Positions 1 to 8,030 of a stretch of DNA of 58,008 nucleotides are shown piece by piece. Both the position numbers and the translations under genes were made by a program. The notes beneath the pieces were generated by a model. It worked only from the letters and a program-made list of their open reading frames with translations. It ran no database searches and was not told where the DNA came from. Numbering within the stretch: position 1 is the first letter of the stretch; each line of letters opens with the position of its first letter. Source of the DNA: Candidatus Magasanikbacteria bacterium RIFCSPHIGHO2_02_FULL_48_18 (lineage in GTDB: Bacteria > Patescibacteriota > Patescibacteriia > Magasanikbacterales > UBA922); assembly GCA_001784285.1 (NCBI GenBank), contig MFQC01000003.1:84151-142158 (forward strand). The letters are read 5' to 3'.

Positions 1-225
1 GTTTTGATTATGCTTGATTGTTGCTCGCACAGCCGCAAGCGCCGCATTGCCTGATGAAGAAACCGCAAAGGACGCGTACCCCTGTTTTGCGTATTCTTTG
101 ATCATAAGGGGAATTGAGCGTCCTTTGTGCGAACCATACTTATGCAGATCTTCGCGTTTGAGATACAGTTCGGGCACACCGACTGCCTTGGCCAATTTTG
201 GGTAGGATTGTTGCGGAGTTTTCAT
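1..225 (-). CDS. PLP-dependent enzyme, fold-type II (threonine-synthase/Trp-synthase-beta-like), N-terminal part; continues beyond the window
   Basis: Own minus-strand translation from ATG at 225: MKTPQQSYPKLAKAVGVPELYLKREDLHKYGSHKGRSIPLMIKEYAKQGYASFAVSSSGNAALA. 'GSHKGR' resembles the PLP-lysine block GSFKDR and is followed by an SSGN block. Absent from the ORF track because there is no stop in the window. Confidence 0.5.
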   Translation of the reverse strand, partial: MKTPQQSYPKLAKAVGVPELYLKREDLHKYGSHKGRSIPLMIKEYAKQGYASFAVSSSGNAALAAVRATIKHNQN

Positions 226-299
226 AAAACCTGGCTTGCGTGAAAGATAAAATCTTGCTAGTATAAACACAGCGGCTATTCTATCTTATTTTTGTTTTT

Positions 300-464
300 A
301 TGCAACTCGTTTGTCCGGAGTGTAAAAATGATGTTGATTTGTCTCGGTATGCCGATCTTCAAAAAGACCATATTATTGAGTGCCAAATGTGCGGGATGAC
401 GCTTCTTGTTACTGCCATTGAAAATGAGGTTGTCGAAGTGGAAATTGTTGACGAGGGAAAGTAG
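300..464 (+). CDS. Small zinc-ribbon protein, LysW/ArgW-like (54 aa)
   Basis: Own translation: MQLVCPECKNDVDLSRYADLQKDHIIECQMCGMTLLVTAIENEVVEVEIVDEGK. It has two CxxC pairs with LysW-like spacing and an acidic C-terminus. It is below the ORF-track size cutoff. Confidence 0.5.
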   Translation: MQLVCPECKNDVDLSRYADLQKDHIIECQMCGMTLLVTAIENEVVEVEIVDEGK

Positions 465-471
465 CACATGT

Positions 472-1035
472 TTATGTGTTGGTTGGAAAGATTTTTTTCT
501 TGAATGTTGATAGAAAGGTTTTGGATTGGTTTATTTCTCCAAATACATGGAGTGTTAATTCTTTTGCGGGGAGTTTTGTTGATTGAATGGCGCGAAGAAA
601 TTGGCTGAAGGAAATCTTTTTTATTGTAATTTTTTCTCCAGGGTCCAGTTGCTGGGCCTGTTTTTTTTGACAATTTCGTGCGATAAAAGTATATATTTTC
701 CATTCCATTTTTATATATGGGTCAGTGGCCATATACAATTCCCAATCGTTTGAAATATATCCTGTTTCTTCAAGAAGTTCTCTTTTTGCGCATTGGAGTG
801 GTGTTTCTCCCTCGTCTTGCCGGCCGCCAATGAGGGATACATGCCGTTTCAATCGAGGTTGTTCTTCATTGAGTACCAAAATTCGGTTTCCTTCCGTTGC
901 AATAATTTGGACCGTATTGGGCCGTTTGAGCATTTCAAATGTTTCATATGATCCATCAAACATTTTTTGTTTCCACTGGTAGGTGTCAAAAATAATACCT
1001 TTGTGGACCAGCTTTGCATTTTTTGGAAGTTTCAT
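472..1035 (-). CDS. Nudix hydrolase
   Basis: Nudix box GGRQDEGETPLQCAKRELLEETG (GX5EX7REUXEEXGU). Its start overlaps the upstream gene's stop (ATGA at 1032-1035). Confidence 0.85.
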   Translation of the reverse strand: MKLPKNAKLVHKGIIFDTYQWKQKMFDGSYETFEMLKRPNTVQIIATEGNRILVLNEEQPRLKRHVSLIGGRQDEGETPLQCAKRELLEETGYISNDWELYMATDPYIKMEWKIYTFIARNCQKKQAQQLDPGEKITIKKISFSQFLRAIQSTKLPAKELTLHVFGEINQSKTFLSTFKKKIFPTNT

Positions 1036-2486
1036 AAAGATAGATTTAGAACGAGTTCTTCTATCATCCCTCGAAAACCGTGAGAGCCGAGGAACACCAC
1101 AACATCGCCGGCGTTTGTTTCTTTGTTTACCATTTCAAGGAGCGCGGCGTCATCATTGATAGCAACAACATTTCCGTGCGTCTGGGAAATGATATGCTGA
1201 AGGTCGTGCGCCTCAAATGGCTGAGGTAATTTTGGATTTTTTTTGACCGGAGAAAAACGGGGGAGAATGACCATGTCGGCGTTGTCAAACGCGTGAGTGT
1301 ACCCTGGCGCCGCGTCGGGTTGCCGATTACCGATGTTTGGCTCAAAAATTGCGATAATTTTTCCATCATATAATGCACGCAGACTATTGAGCACTGCTTC
1401 TGCTTTTTTAGGCGAGTGTGCAATGTCGTCGAAGATTGTAATTTTTCCTTCATATTTTTTTTCCAATCTTCGCTTAATATTTTGAAACGTGCCAATTGCG
1501 GACACAATCGTTTCTGGGGCAATTCCCGCTTGGTGTGCCGTGGCAAAACAGCCGGTAAAATTGTCTGCCATGTAGTCTCCTAAAAGTGGTGTTGCTACGT
1601 GATACGTGGTTCCATCGTGGATAATATCAAATGTAATGCCGCTTGTGGAAGTCGCGATATTGGTATATTGATACGTATTTTTTTTCTCTTTACCATACGT
1701 CACCACAGGACAAGCGACGTTTTCTAAAAAATGAGGGTAATCCATCCGCACTTTTTCAGAAACCGTGAATAATCCGTCTTTGGGTAATTGCGCAACCAGA
1801 TTGGAGAATGCTTCCTTGTAAGAAGACGCGTTTGGGTACACGTCGGCGTGATCCCACACGATTGATGTAAGAAGAAGATGAGTTGGGTTGTAGTGAAAGA
1901 ACTTTGCTTTTTCATCCCATCCAGAACTTTTATATTCATCACCTTCAAGAATGGACCATTCGGTATCACCTAATGTTGCGGCCGGAACGTTATTATTACT
2001 GACCCCGCCAAACATGTACGAAGGGCTGATTCCCGCGTGTTGAAAGATCCAGACCAAGGCGGCGGTACTCGTGGATTTGCCGTAGGTCCCCGCGCATACC
2101 AATGAATGTTCTTTCACAAAATATTGGGCGATCACTTCCGGGTACGACGCGTATGGAATATCATTTTTTTGCACGAAAAGCCATTCCGGGTTGTTTGACC
2201 CGGCGACATTGCCGACAACCACAAGGTCTGGAATTCCGTTTTCCGTCATCTTTTCCGGATGCCAGCCGGGATAAAAAGAAACGCCGGCATCTTTCAGATG
2301 AGTTGAAACCGGTGGATAAAAGCCTTTGTCGCTTCCGGTCACGCGCCAGCCCTTATCTTTGAATGCCAAGGCAAGCGCGCTCATAGCAACGCCGCAAATG
2401 CCGATGAAGTGGATGTGTTGGTTGCGATATGGTTGCGATAAATGGCGATTAATTGCGATATGGGGCGATACATTGTTGTTTGTCAT
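1032..2486 (-). CDS. mpl: Mur ligase, Mpl/MurC type (UDP-N-acetylmuramate-peptide/alanine ligase)
   Basis: N-terminus IHFIGICGVAMSALALAFKDKGWRVTGSDKGFYPPVST, P-loop GTYGKSTST, and EGDEYKSS...KFFHY...DHADVY, which is closer to Mpl than to MurC. The true substrate is not resolvable by eye. Confidence 0.75.
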   Translation of the reverse strand: MTNNNVSPHIAINRHLSQPYRNQHIHFIGICGVAMSALALAFKDKGWRVTGSDKGFYPPVSTHLKDAGVSFYPGWHPEKMTENGIPDLVVVGNVAGSNNPEWLFVQKNDIPYASYPEVIAQYFVKEHSLVCAGTYGKSTSTAALVWIFQHAGISPSYMFGGVSNNNVPAATLGDTEWSILEGDEYKSSGWDEKAKFFHYNPTHLLLTSIVWDHADVYPNASSYKEAFSNLVAQLPKDGLFTVSEKVRMDYPHFLENVACPVVTYGKEKKNTYQYTNIATSTSGITFDIIHDGTTYHVATPLLGDYMADNFTGCFATAHQAGIAPETIVSAIGTFQNIKRRLEKKYEGKITIFDDIAHSPKKAEAVLNSLRALYDGKIIAIFEPNIGNRQPDAAPGYTHAFDNADMVILPRFSPVKKNPKLPQPFEAHDLQHIISQTHGNVVAINDDAALLEMVNKETNAGDVVVFLGSHGFRGMIEELVLNLSL

Positions 2487-2496
2487 AATTAGGAGC

Positions 2497-2883
2497 TCAG
2501 TTTTCTTTGTTTTTTCTTTCTCTTAAATCAGAAATGTAATTATTGATGCGCACTTTGAGTGATTCATACTTTTGGGTAAGACGCTCGGAGTCATTTTGAG
2601 AAATATACAGACGACTTTCAGCAACCATCAGGTGGCTTTGGGTTTCTTCAATTTCACCTCTTACAGTATATAATACCCGAATTTTGTCTGCATAATAATA
2701 ACGTCCGTGTGATTCAGCTATATTCGCTGGAATTGAATTGCATGAATTATGTAGTTGAGAAATAAGTCCGTACAATTCTCCTTTTGGGAATTTTTGAGTT
2801 AGGAGGAATATTTCTTTTTGCAATCCGAATGCTTCTTTCCAGATGTCCATCTCATAAAATTTTTGGTATGCCCTCCTTTGCAT
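2497..2883 (-). CDS. Four-helix-bundle protein (23S rRNA intervening-sequence protein family)
   Basis: Family-typical blocks: W..A..L...I..LT..FPK.E.YGL.SQL..S..SI.ANIAE and RGE..ET..HL. Confidence 0.8.
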   Translation of the reverse strand: MQRRAYQKFYEMDIWKEAFGLQKEIFLLTQKFPKGELYGLISQLHNSCNSIPANIAESHGRYYYADKIRVLYTVRGEIEETQSHLMVAESRLYISQNDSERLTQKYESLKVRINNYISDLRERKNKEN

Positions 2884-2923
2884 AACGTTTTATTTAAAAG
2901 CAATGTCTTACCGCCACGTATCG

Positions 2924-3634
2924 CTATCTATCGTCATCTATTATCAACTTTTGTGCGACATTATTGAGTGTGTTGCTTAGAGTGTCCTTTAGTGTATCAA
3001 TGTCTGTTTGCCACCCCTCTCCATCAAACCATTCTAAGCCCTTAAATTGCAGTTTATAGACATCCCCAGGTCGCTGAAAAGAACCTAAGTAAACATATTT
3101 CTTCCCTTGTTCTTTCGCCCAGAGAATCGCTTTGAGCATCATACCTATACCAACATTTGACAATTTACTATTAACTATTAACAATTGATAAAATGGGTAA
3201 CAGTAATGAAGGACGCTGTTATTTTCATAACAAATGGCGTAACCAATTGGTTCTGTGGCATTGAAATGATTGTAAACGAGAAAAATATTAAAGTTGGTTT
3301 TTGTTTCATCAGTCAACAATTCCTTTGCCTTGTTTGCGCTCAATGTGCCTGATCCAAATTTTTCAGTATAAAAATCTTTGGCTAGTTTGCCAATTTTCCA
3401 ATCGTAGTTGGGGAGAGGGAGGAGTTCAGTCTTCAATTCTAAACTCTCCGTTTTGCGGAGAATTCGTCGGTTTTCGCTTGTTAGATTAAATTTTTCTAGA
3501 TCAATTCGTAAACTTCGCGTTTGATTCATCACCCCTTTGTCTATGCGAGTAAAAACATAGCCCTCGTTGTAGAGGGTGGTGATTGTATCGGCGGAGAAAT
3601 CGGTAATTATTTTTTTGTTCCAAGAGAGGTACAT
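2924..3634 (-). CDS. Aminoacyl-tRNA-protein transferase-like (ATE_C / Bpt family)
   Basis: The C-terminal block GYAICYENNSVLHYCYPFY...GIGMMLKAILWAKEQGKKYVYLGSF....YKLQFKGLEWFDGEGW matches the Bpt/Ate1 core pattern (YLGY...YK..F.P.E). Start reassigned to ATG 3634 (MYLSWNKK) so that it no longer overlaps mraY. Confidence 0.65.
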   Translation of the reverse strand: MYLSWNKKIITDFSADTITTLYNEGYVFTRIDKGVMNQTRSLRIDLEKFNLTSENRRILRKTESLELKTELLPLPNYDWKIGKLAKDFYTEKFGSGTLSANKAKELLTDETKTNFNIFLVYNHFNATEPIGYAICYENNSVLHYCYPFYQLLIVNSKLSNVGIGMMLKAILWAKEQGKKYVYLGSFQRPGDVYKLQFKGLEWFDGEGWQTDIDTLKDTLSNTLNNVAQKLIIDDDR

Positions 3635-3648
3635 ACAGGCCTTCCTTT

Positions 3649-4779
3649 TTACAACAACGCAATCCAGATACCCAGAAGCACGGCTCCGCCGTGGATTACC
3701 CAAAAACGCATCACGGTTTTTTCTTCACTCCATCCGCGAAGCTCAAAATGATGATGAAGCGGCGCCATTTTGAAGATGCGGCGGCCGAGGAGGTGTCTTC
3801 CGAGGACTTGGATAATAACGCTTGTGAGTTCGATGTAAAAAATAAATCCTAAAAAAGGCAAGAGGAGCATTTTGTTGATGACGATTGCATTGATGGCAAG
3901 AAGCGATCCGAGGCCGAGCGAGCCCACATCTCCCATTTGAAACCGAGCCGGTTTGATATTGAAGTAGGTGTATGTAATGAGAGAACCAGCGGCGGTTGCG
4001 TTCAGAAAAGAAATTTCATGAAATCCCTCGAGCCAGCTCAAAACAGTTAAAGCGGAAAAAGTAATAATGAGCGAACCGCCCGCGAGTCCGTCCATCCCAT
4101 CGGCCACATTGACCGCGTTTGCGGTAAACATGACAAAAAATATAATAAGCGGAATAATCCACCAGCCGATGTACAGATACCCATCGAACGGAATAAAAAT
4201 TTCTCGCCAGCTGGTTCCGAGTTTGGAATAAATCCACCATGCAGTAATGGCGCCGGCAATGAATTGGAGGATAATTTTTTCATGGACATGAACGCTTTTG
4301 CCCGGGTGAGAACCAAGCCACAGAGACATGCGTTTAAATATGGACCATGGCAGTGTGAGGGCAAGCCAGATGCGTTGTTTCCAGTCTCGGTGGATTTTTA
4401 TAAGTCGGAGCACATGTCTGAGTTTGCGGATGCGGCGTTTATGCCCATACACGTGCATAACATCGTCAATGCCGCCGAGCATTGCCGAAAAAAGCATGAC
4501 CCCAATAGGGACCCATGTGAATTTTCTTTCCCAATTGAAAAGCATGGTAATAATGGCAACCACCAGAATCATCAGGAGTCCGCCCATGATAGGGACGCCT
4601 TGTTTGCTTTGTCTGGTCCCCATGCTTAACGTGGCATCGTATTCTCCTCGTCTGGTGAGTTTGTATGTATAGAGAAATTTGGTTAAGAGCGGCGCCAAAA
4701 AAAATGAAAAAATAGCCGAAAAAAGGCCATAGGAAATGGTTGTTTTAAGGAGAGAAAGCGATTCTTCCGGAATAATCAT
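3649..4779 (-). CDS. mraY: Phospho-N-acetylmuramoyl-pentapeptide transferase
   Basis: NAVNVADGMDGLAGG, MGDVGSLGLG and PLHHHFELRGWSEEKTV motifs, with multiple TM segments. Confidence 0.92.
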   Translation of the reverse strand: MIIPEESLSLLKTTISYGLFSAIFSFFLAPLLTKFLYTYKLTRRGEYDATLSMGTRQSKQGVPIMGGLLMILVVAIITMLFNWERKFTWVPIGVMLFSAMLGGIDDVMHVYGHKRRIRKLRHVLRLIKIHRDWKQRIWLALTLPWSIFKRMSLWLGSHPGKSVHVHEKIILQFIAGAITAWWIYSKLGTSWREIFIPFDGYLYIGWWIIPLIIFFVMFTANAVNVADGMDGLAGGSLIITFSALTVLSWLEGFHEISFLNATAAGSLITYTYFNIKPARFQMGDVGSLGLGSLLAINAIVINKMLLLPFLGFIFYIELTSVIIQVLGRHLLGRRIFKMAPLHHHFELRGWSEEKTVMRFWVIHGGAVLLGIWIALL

Positions 4780-4885
4780 GGAAATATCTTAACAAATATA
4801 GAATACTGGAAATAGGTTTTTTTTTCAATACAAGGTGCGGTTTATGCCTAAGAACCTATTTGTAGGGTTTTTTATAGGGTTTCTA

Positions 4886-4914
4886 TTGACAATTGTACCC
4901 ACATCTTCTATAAT
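4886..4914 (+). promoter_or_regulatory. Consensus sigma70-type promoter upstream of rpmG
   Basis: TTGACA (4886-4891), 17-nt spacer, TATAAT (4909-4914). Confidence 0.55.
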
Positions 4915-4967
4915 TGTTGCACATCTGATATTTTAGATATTAGACATTAGATATTGAGATTTTTCCT

Positions 4968-5123
4968 ATGTCCCAAGACAACATGGTGAAGCTTGAGTGC
5001 ACCGAGTGCAAGCGAGTAAACCACTACTCAAAAAAAAATAAGAAAATTCATAAAAGTCGCCTGGAATTGAATAAATTGTGCAATTGGTGCGGCCACCATA
5101 TCTTGCATAAAGAGACCAAATAA
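4968..5123 (+). CDS. rpmG: 50S ribosomal protein L33 (zinc-binding type, 51 aa)
   Basis: Own translation: MSQDNMVKLECTECKRVNHYSKKNKKIHKSRLELNKLCNWCGHHILHKETK. Shows the L33 pattern C.EC..NY..KN...RLEL.K.C..C..H..HKE.K. Confidence 0.85.
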   Translation: MSQDNMVKLECTECKRVNHYSKKNKKIHKSRLELNKLCNWCGHHILHKETK

Positions 5124-5180
5124 CCTATACTCAATCCCGGTTTATCACATAAAATATACGCGGTTTACACGGGATTGTGT

Positions 5181-5993
5181 ATGTCTTTTTTTTCTTCCAT
5201 TTACCACAGCATTTTCGATATTGCGTGGTTGAAAAAACAAAAAGATAAAAAAAAGGAAGGATGGAGCCAATTTCTTCCATTTATTTTTTTGATTGCCGTT
5301 CTTACCGTTCTTCCCGCCTTTTGGACATTTCCAACGACAGTAAAAAATGCTCAAAAAATTTTTGAGACCCGTATACCCGATTTTTCCGCTGAGATAAAAA
5401 ACGGAACGCTTTTTGTATCTCGTTTGGAACAACCGTATCTTTTTGAAGAAACGCACGGAGAAGAAACACTCAAAATTATTGTCGACACGCAGAGCACTTC
5501 CACAAAACCGCTTGACGAATGGATTGACGTTGGTAAAGAAAACGGATTTTTGGTTGTCAAAGACCGGATTACGTTTTATGACCGTGATCTCAAACAAACC
5601 GAATCCCGAACTTTTGCCGACATGCCCGACTTTTCTTTTAACAAGGAGTCACTTGTTCGGATAGTCGATCGCCTTTCCGGGCCGGTTTCCTATTTTCTTC
5701 CTTTGGTTTTTGCGTTTTTTTATTTTGTGGTGTTATTGGTTGGGCGGCTCTTGTCCATAGCATTCGTGAGCCTATTGATTTTTCTTATTGCGCGTCTCCG
5801 AAAAGAGCAGTGGACGTATAGTTCGCTCTTTACCATTGGGCTTTTTGCCGCCACCGGTCCTTTGCTCTTCGACTTTTTGTTGTGGTCTTTTCACAGGCCA
5901 ATTCCCTTGTTATCAACCGTTTTTTTCTTTTTTCTTTTATTGGCTGTTGTTTTTTCAAATAAACAAGAAGGTGGAGAAAATGTCAAAAAGTAG
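5181..5993 (+). CDS. Hypothetical multi-pass membrane protein (possibly DUF1189-like)
   Basis: First ATG of the 5175 ORF. Has an N-terminal TM segment, a soluble middle part and three or more C-terminal hydrophobic segments. Family assignment is tentative. Confidence 0.5.
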   Translation: MSFFSSIYHSIFDIAWLKKQKDKKKEGWSQFLPFIFLIAVLTVLPAFWTFPTTVKNAQKIFETRIPDFSAEIKNGTLFVSRLEQPYLFEETHGEETLKIIVDTQSTSTKPLDEWIDVGKENGFLVVKDRITFYDRDLKQTESRTFADMPDFSFNKESLVRIVDRLSGPVSYFLPLVFAFFYFVVLLVGRLLSIAFVSLLIFLIARLRKEQWTYSSLFTIGLFAATGPLLFDFLLWSFHRPIPLLSTVFFFFLLLAVVFSNKQEGGENVKK

Positions 5994-6060
5994 TTTTTGA
6001 TATCGATATTGATTTTTGAAGTTGCAAAGGGTATTATCTGTTGGTTCCTGTGATAGAAAT

Positions 6061-6146
6061 GGGCGCGTCATACCTGCCTGCCGGCAGGCAGGTAATGGTA
6101 GTACTACGGTCTCCAACCCGGCCTTTAGGCCGGGCGATTCCTACCG
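6061..6146 (+). pseudogene. Degenerate tRNA-Trp-like copy disrupted by GC-rich palindromes
   Basis: Shares GGGCGCGTC, TAATGGTAGTACTACGGTCTCCAA and CGATTCCTACCG with the intact tRNA at 6224. It has a 20-nt insertion in the D-loop, its anticodon-3'/variable/T-stem-5' segment is replaced by a hairpin, and the acceptor 3' strand is missing. Confidence 0.7.
6071..6094. repeat. Perfect 24-nt palindrome TACCTGCCTGCC/GGCAGGCAGGTA
   Basis: Read directly from the sequence. Relative to the intact tRNA it is a clean insertion of CCTGCCTGCCGGCAGGCAGG between TA and TA. A second hairpin, CCCGGCC-TTTA-GGCCGGG, lies at 6117-6134. Confidence 0.9.
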
Positions 6147-6223
6147 AATCATATGTTTTATGTTTACATTCTTCTGAGTAAGAAAGATAAAAAATTCTAG
6201 ATGAAACTTTTAGAGAATTATAT

Positions 6224-6297
6224 GGGCGCGTCGTATAATGGTAGTACTACGGTCTCCAAAACCGTATGCGTAGGTTCGATTCCTACCGCGCCTGCCA
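6224..6297 (+). tRNA. tRNA-Trp (anticodon CCA), 3' CCA encoded
   Basis: Cloverleaf folded by hand: acceptor GGGCGCG/CGCGCCT, D arm GTAT..GTAC region, anticodon arm ACGGT-CTCCAAA-ACCGT, T arm GTAGG-TTCGATT-CCTAC, then GCCA. Confidence 0.9.
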
Positions 6298-7887
6298 CCG
6301 TGTAATGACAGAGGTCAAAGCCTCTGTTTTTACTTTTGTTGAGGCAAATTTGATTGGTTCTAACATTTTATATTCATCCTCCAGCGTTTTATATCCGTTT
6401 ATTATCGGCAACAGCCATTTGTGTACTGAAATATCCAGTTTTTGGTCTTTCAATAAAAAGTTCGAACCTAAACCAGTCAGTACATCTTTTCGCTCTTCAA
6501 TGCTTCCATTTTCAAAATGGTCTTGAGCATATCTGGCAAAGTGAAATACCTGCTCAGTGAGTTCCAGCCATTCTTCTGCTCGCTGTTCGGTTTCACGGAG
6601 CTCTTGCTGTAGTTTCTTGATCTGCCCCTGCAATACATCTCGCTCTTTTATGAACATATTATCGTCAATCAGCTCTCGGTAGCGCATTTTGGTGAGATTA
6701 TCCAGTTCCTTTTGTGCTTGTGTGATTGATTTGTGTTGCATTTCATAGACTTTGGAACGATCCACTATCTCTTTGTCATTGTCTTGATTCAAAGCCTCCA
6801 TCGCCCAGTCAAAAAACTCTGGGAGAATAGCCAATTTATCTATCCGTTCAAATATCAGGTTTTCTAAGGTTTTCTCATCTATGGATTTTCTTTGCGTACA
6901 CACTACATCTGTTTTTCTTCTGGTGCAGTGGTAATACGTGTAGTATCTGATTTCTCCTGTCTTTTTGATAAACTTCTTTTTCTTCTCGGCTGTAATTTGG
7001 CAACCACACTCACCACAACGGATCATCCCAGTGAACGCAAACGTATATTTCTTTGGTCTTGGTTTTCCTTTTCTTCCCAAAATTTCCTGTACTCGATCAT
7101 ACTCCTCGAGTGCAACCATTTTTTTGTGTTTGCCGACATATTCCACTCCATCGTATACGAGCACACCAGCATAAAAGATATTGGTGAAAGTACGATACAT
7201 CCCACTCACTGACATTGGTTTTCCTCCTGTTCGTTTTCTTTTTTTTGAACGAAATCCCCACTCATCGTTGAGCTTTGTGAGGACTTGGGGAACGGTATAG
7301 TTGCCCGTAAGCATGTAATCCCACGCTCTACGAATAAGATCAAAGCGTTCAGGATCGGGGATGATGGTATGGTTTTCGAGCTCATTCAAATAGCCAAGAG
7401 CCGCCATCCCAGGTCTCCAGCCATTTTTCACTTTGCAAAGGTTTCCTCGTTTTACATTCTTGCTCAAATCGAGGATAAACTGGTTTGCCATACCACTTTC
7501 AACGTTGAACAAAAGTACGTTATCTTCGGGCTTATATTCACGATCTATTGTTTGAATTGATTTTAGCCCACCTTGTTGTAGAAGCCATTGTACTTGTGCG
7601 CTGTCTATAGGATTTCTTGAAAGTCGATTGATCTGCCAGCAAAGTATGCCATTTGCTTCTCCCGCTTCAATTTTTTTCATCATCTCGTCAAAGACTGGAC
7701 GGTTGTTTGGTTTTTTTGCAGTCTTTGCTTCAGTATAAATATGTTTAATTTTTATATCCAAAGTCTTTGCGAGTTCTTTCAGTCGCCCCACTTGATCATC
7801 AATGGATTGCACCTGCCGATCTTCACTCTCCGATGACTTTCTGGAATAAAGGAAGTAGGTATATTTTTTATTGTCATTGTAATTCAT
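6283..7887 (-). CDS. Large serine recombinase (integrase)
   Basis: N-terminal resolvase domain (YLYSRKSSESEDRQVQSIDDQ, INRLSRN), a recombinase domain, the zinc ribbon CGECGCQ...YYHCTRRK..VC, and a C-terminal coiled coil. The last 5 codons plus the stop overlap the tRNA-Trp acceptor 3' strand. Confidence 0.9.
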   Translation of the reverse strand: MNYNDNKKYTYFLYSRKSSESEDRQVQSIDDQVGRLKELAKTLDIKIKHIYTEAKTAKKPNNRPVFDEMMKKIEAGEANGILCWQINRLSRNPIDSAQVQWLLQQGGLKSIQTIDREYKPEDNVLLFNVESGMANQFILDLSKNVKRGNLCKVKNGWRPGMAALGYLNELENHTIIPDPERFDLIRRAWDYMLTGNYTVPQVLTKLNDEWGFRSKKRKRTGGKPMSVSGMYRTFTNIFYAGVLVYDGVEYVGKHKKMVALEEYDRVQEILGRKGKPRPKKYTFAFTGMIRCGECGCQITAEKKKKFIKKTGEIRYYTYYHCTRRKTDVVCTQRKSIDEKTLENLIFERIDKLAILPEFFDWAMEALNQDNDKEIVDRSKVYEMQHKSITQAQKELDNLTKMRYRELIDDNMFIKERDVLQGQIKKLQQELRETEQRAEEWLELTEQVFHFARYAQDHFENGSIEERKDVLTGLGSNFLLKDQKLDISVHKWLLPIINGYKTLEDEYKMLEPIKFASTKVKTEALTSVITRWQAR

Positions 7888-8030
7888 ATATTTTTGTTAC
7901 AAAAAGGGACAGCCCTTGCTTACCCAACGCACATGCCAAAAGACATATTTGTTGGAGGACTGCCCCTTATTGGCAACAAACAAAAAATCTCTTGGCAAAA
8001 TATGTAGGTTGGGTAAGCGCATGTAGTATA

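Noticed and set aside
14-205. 63-aa + strand ORF at the window start, and the 114-aa minus ORF at 359-703.
   Set aside because: The first is antisense to the PLP-enzyme N-terminus with its lysine motif. The second overlaps the LysW-like ORF and the Nudix gene out of frame.
3635-3703. N-terminal extension of the Ate/Bpt-like ORF overlapping the mraY 3' end.
   Set aside because: The internal ATG at 3634 removes the 55-nt overlap and begins the conserved region.
5145-5597. 150-aa minus-strand ORF.
   Set aside because: It overlaps the 5' half of the + strand membrane-protein gene, which has a coherent TM architecture. The composition is K/F/N-rich and there is no plausible upstream signal.
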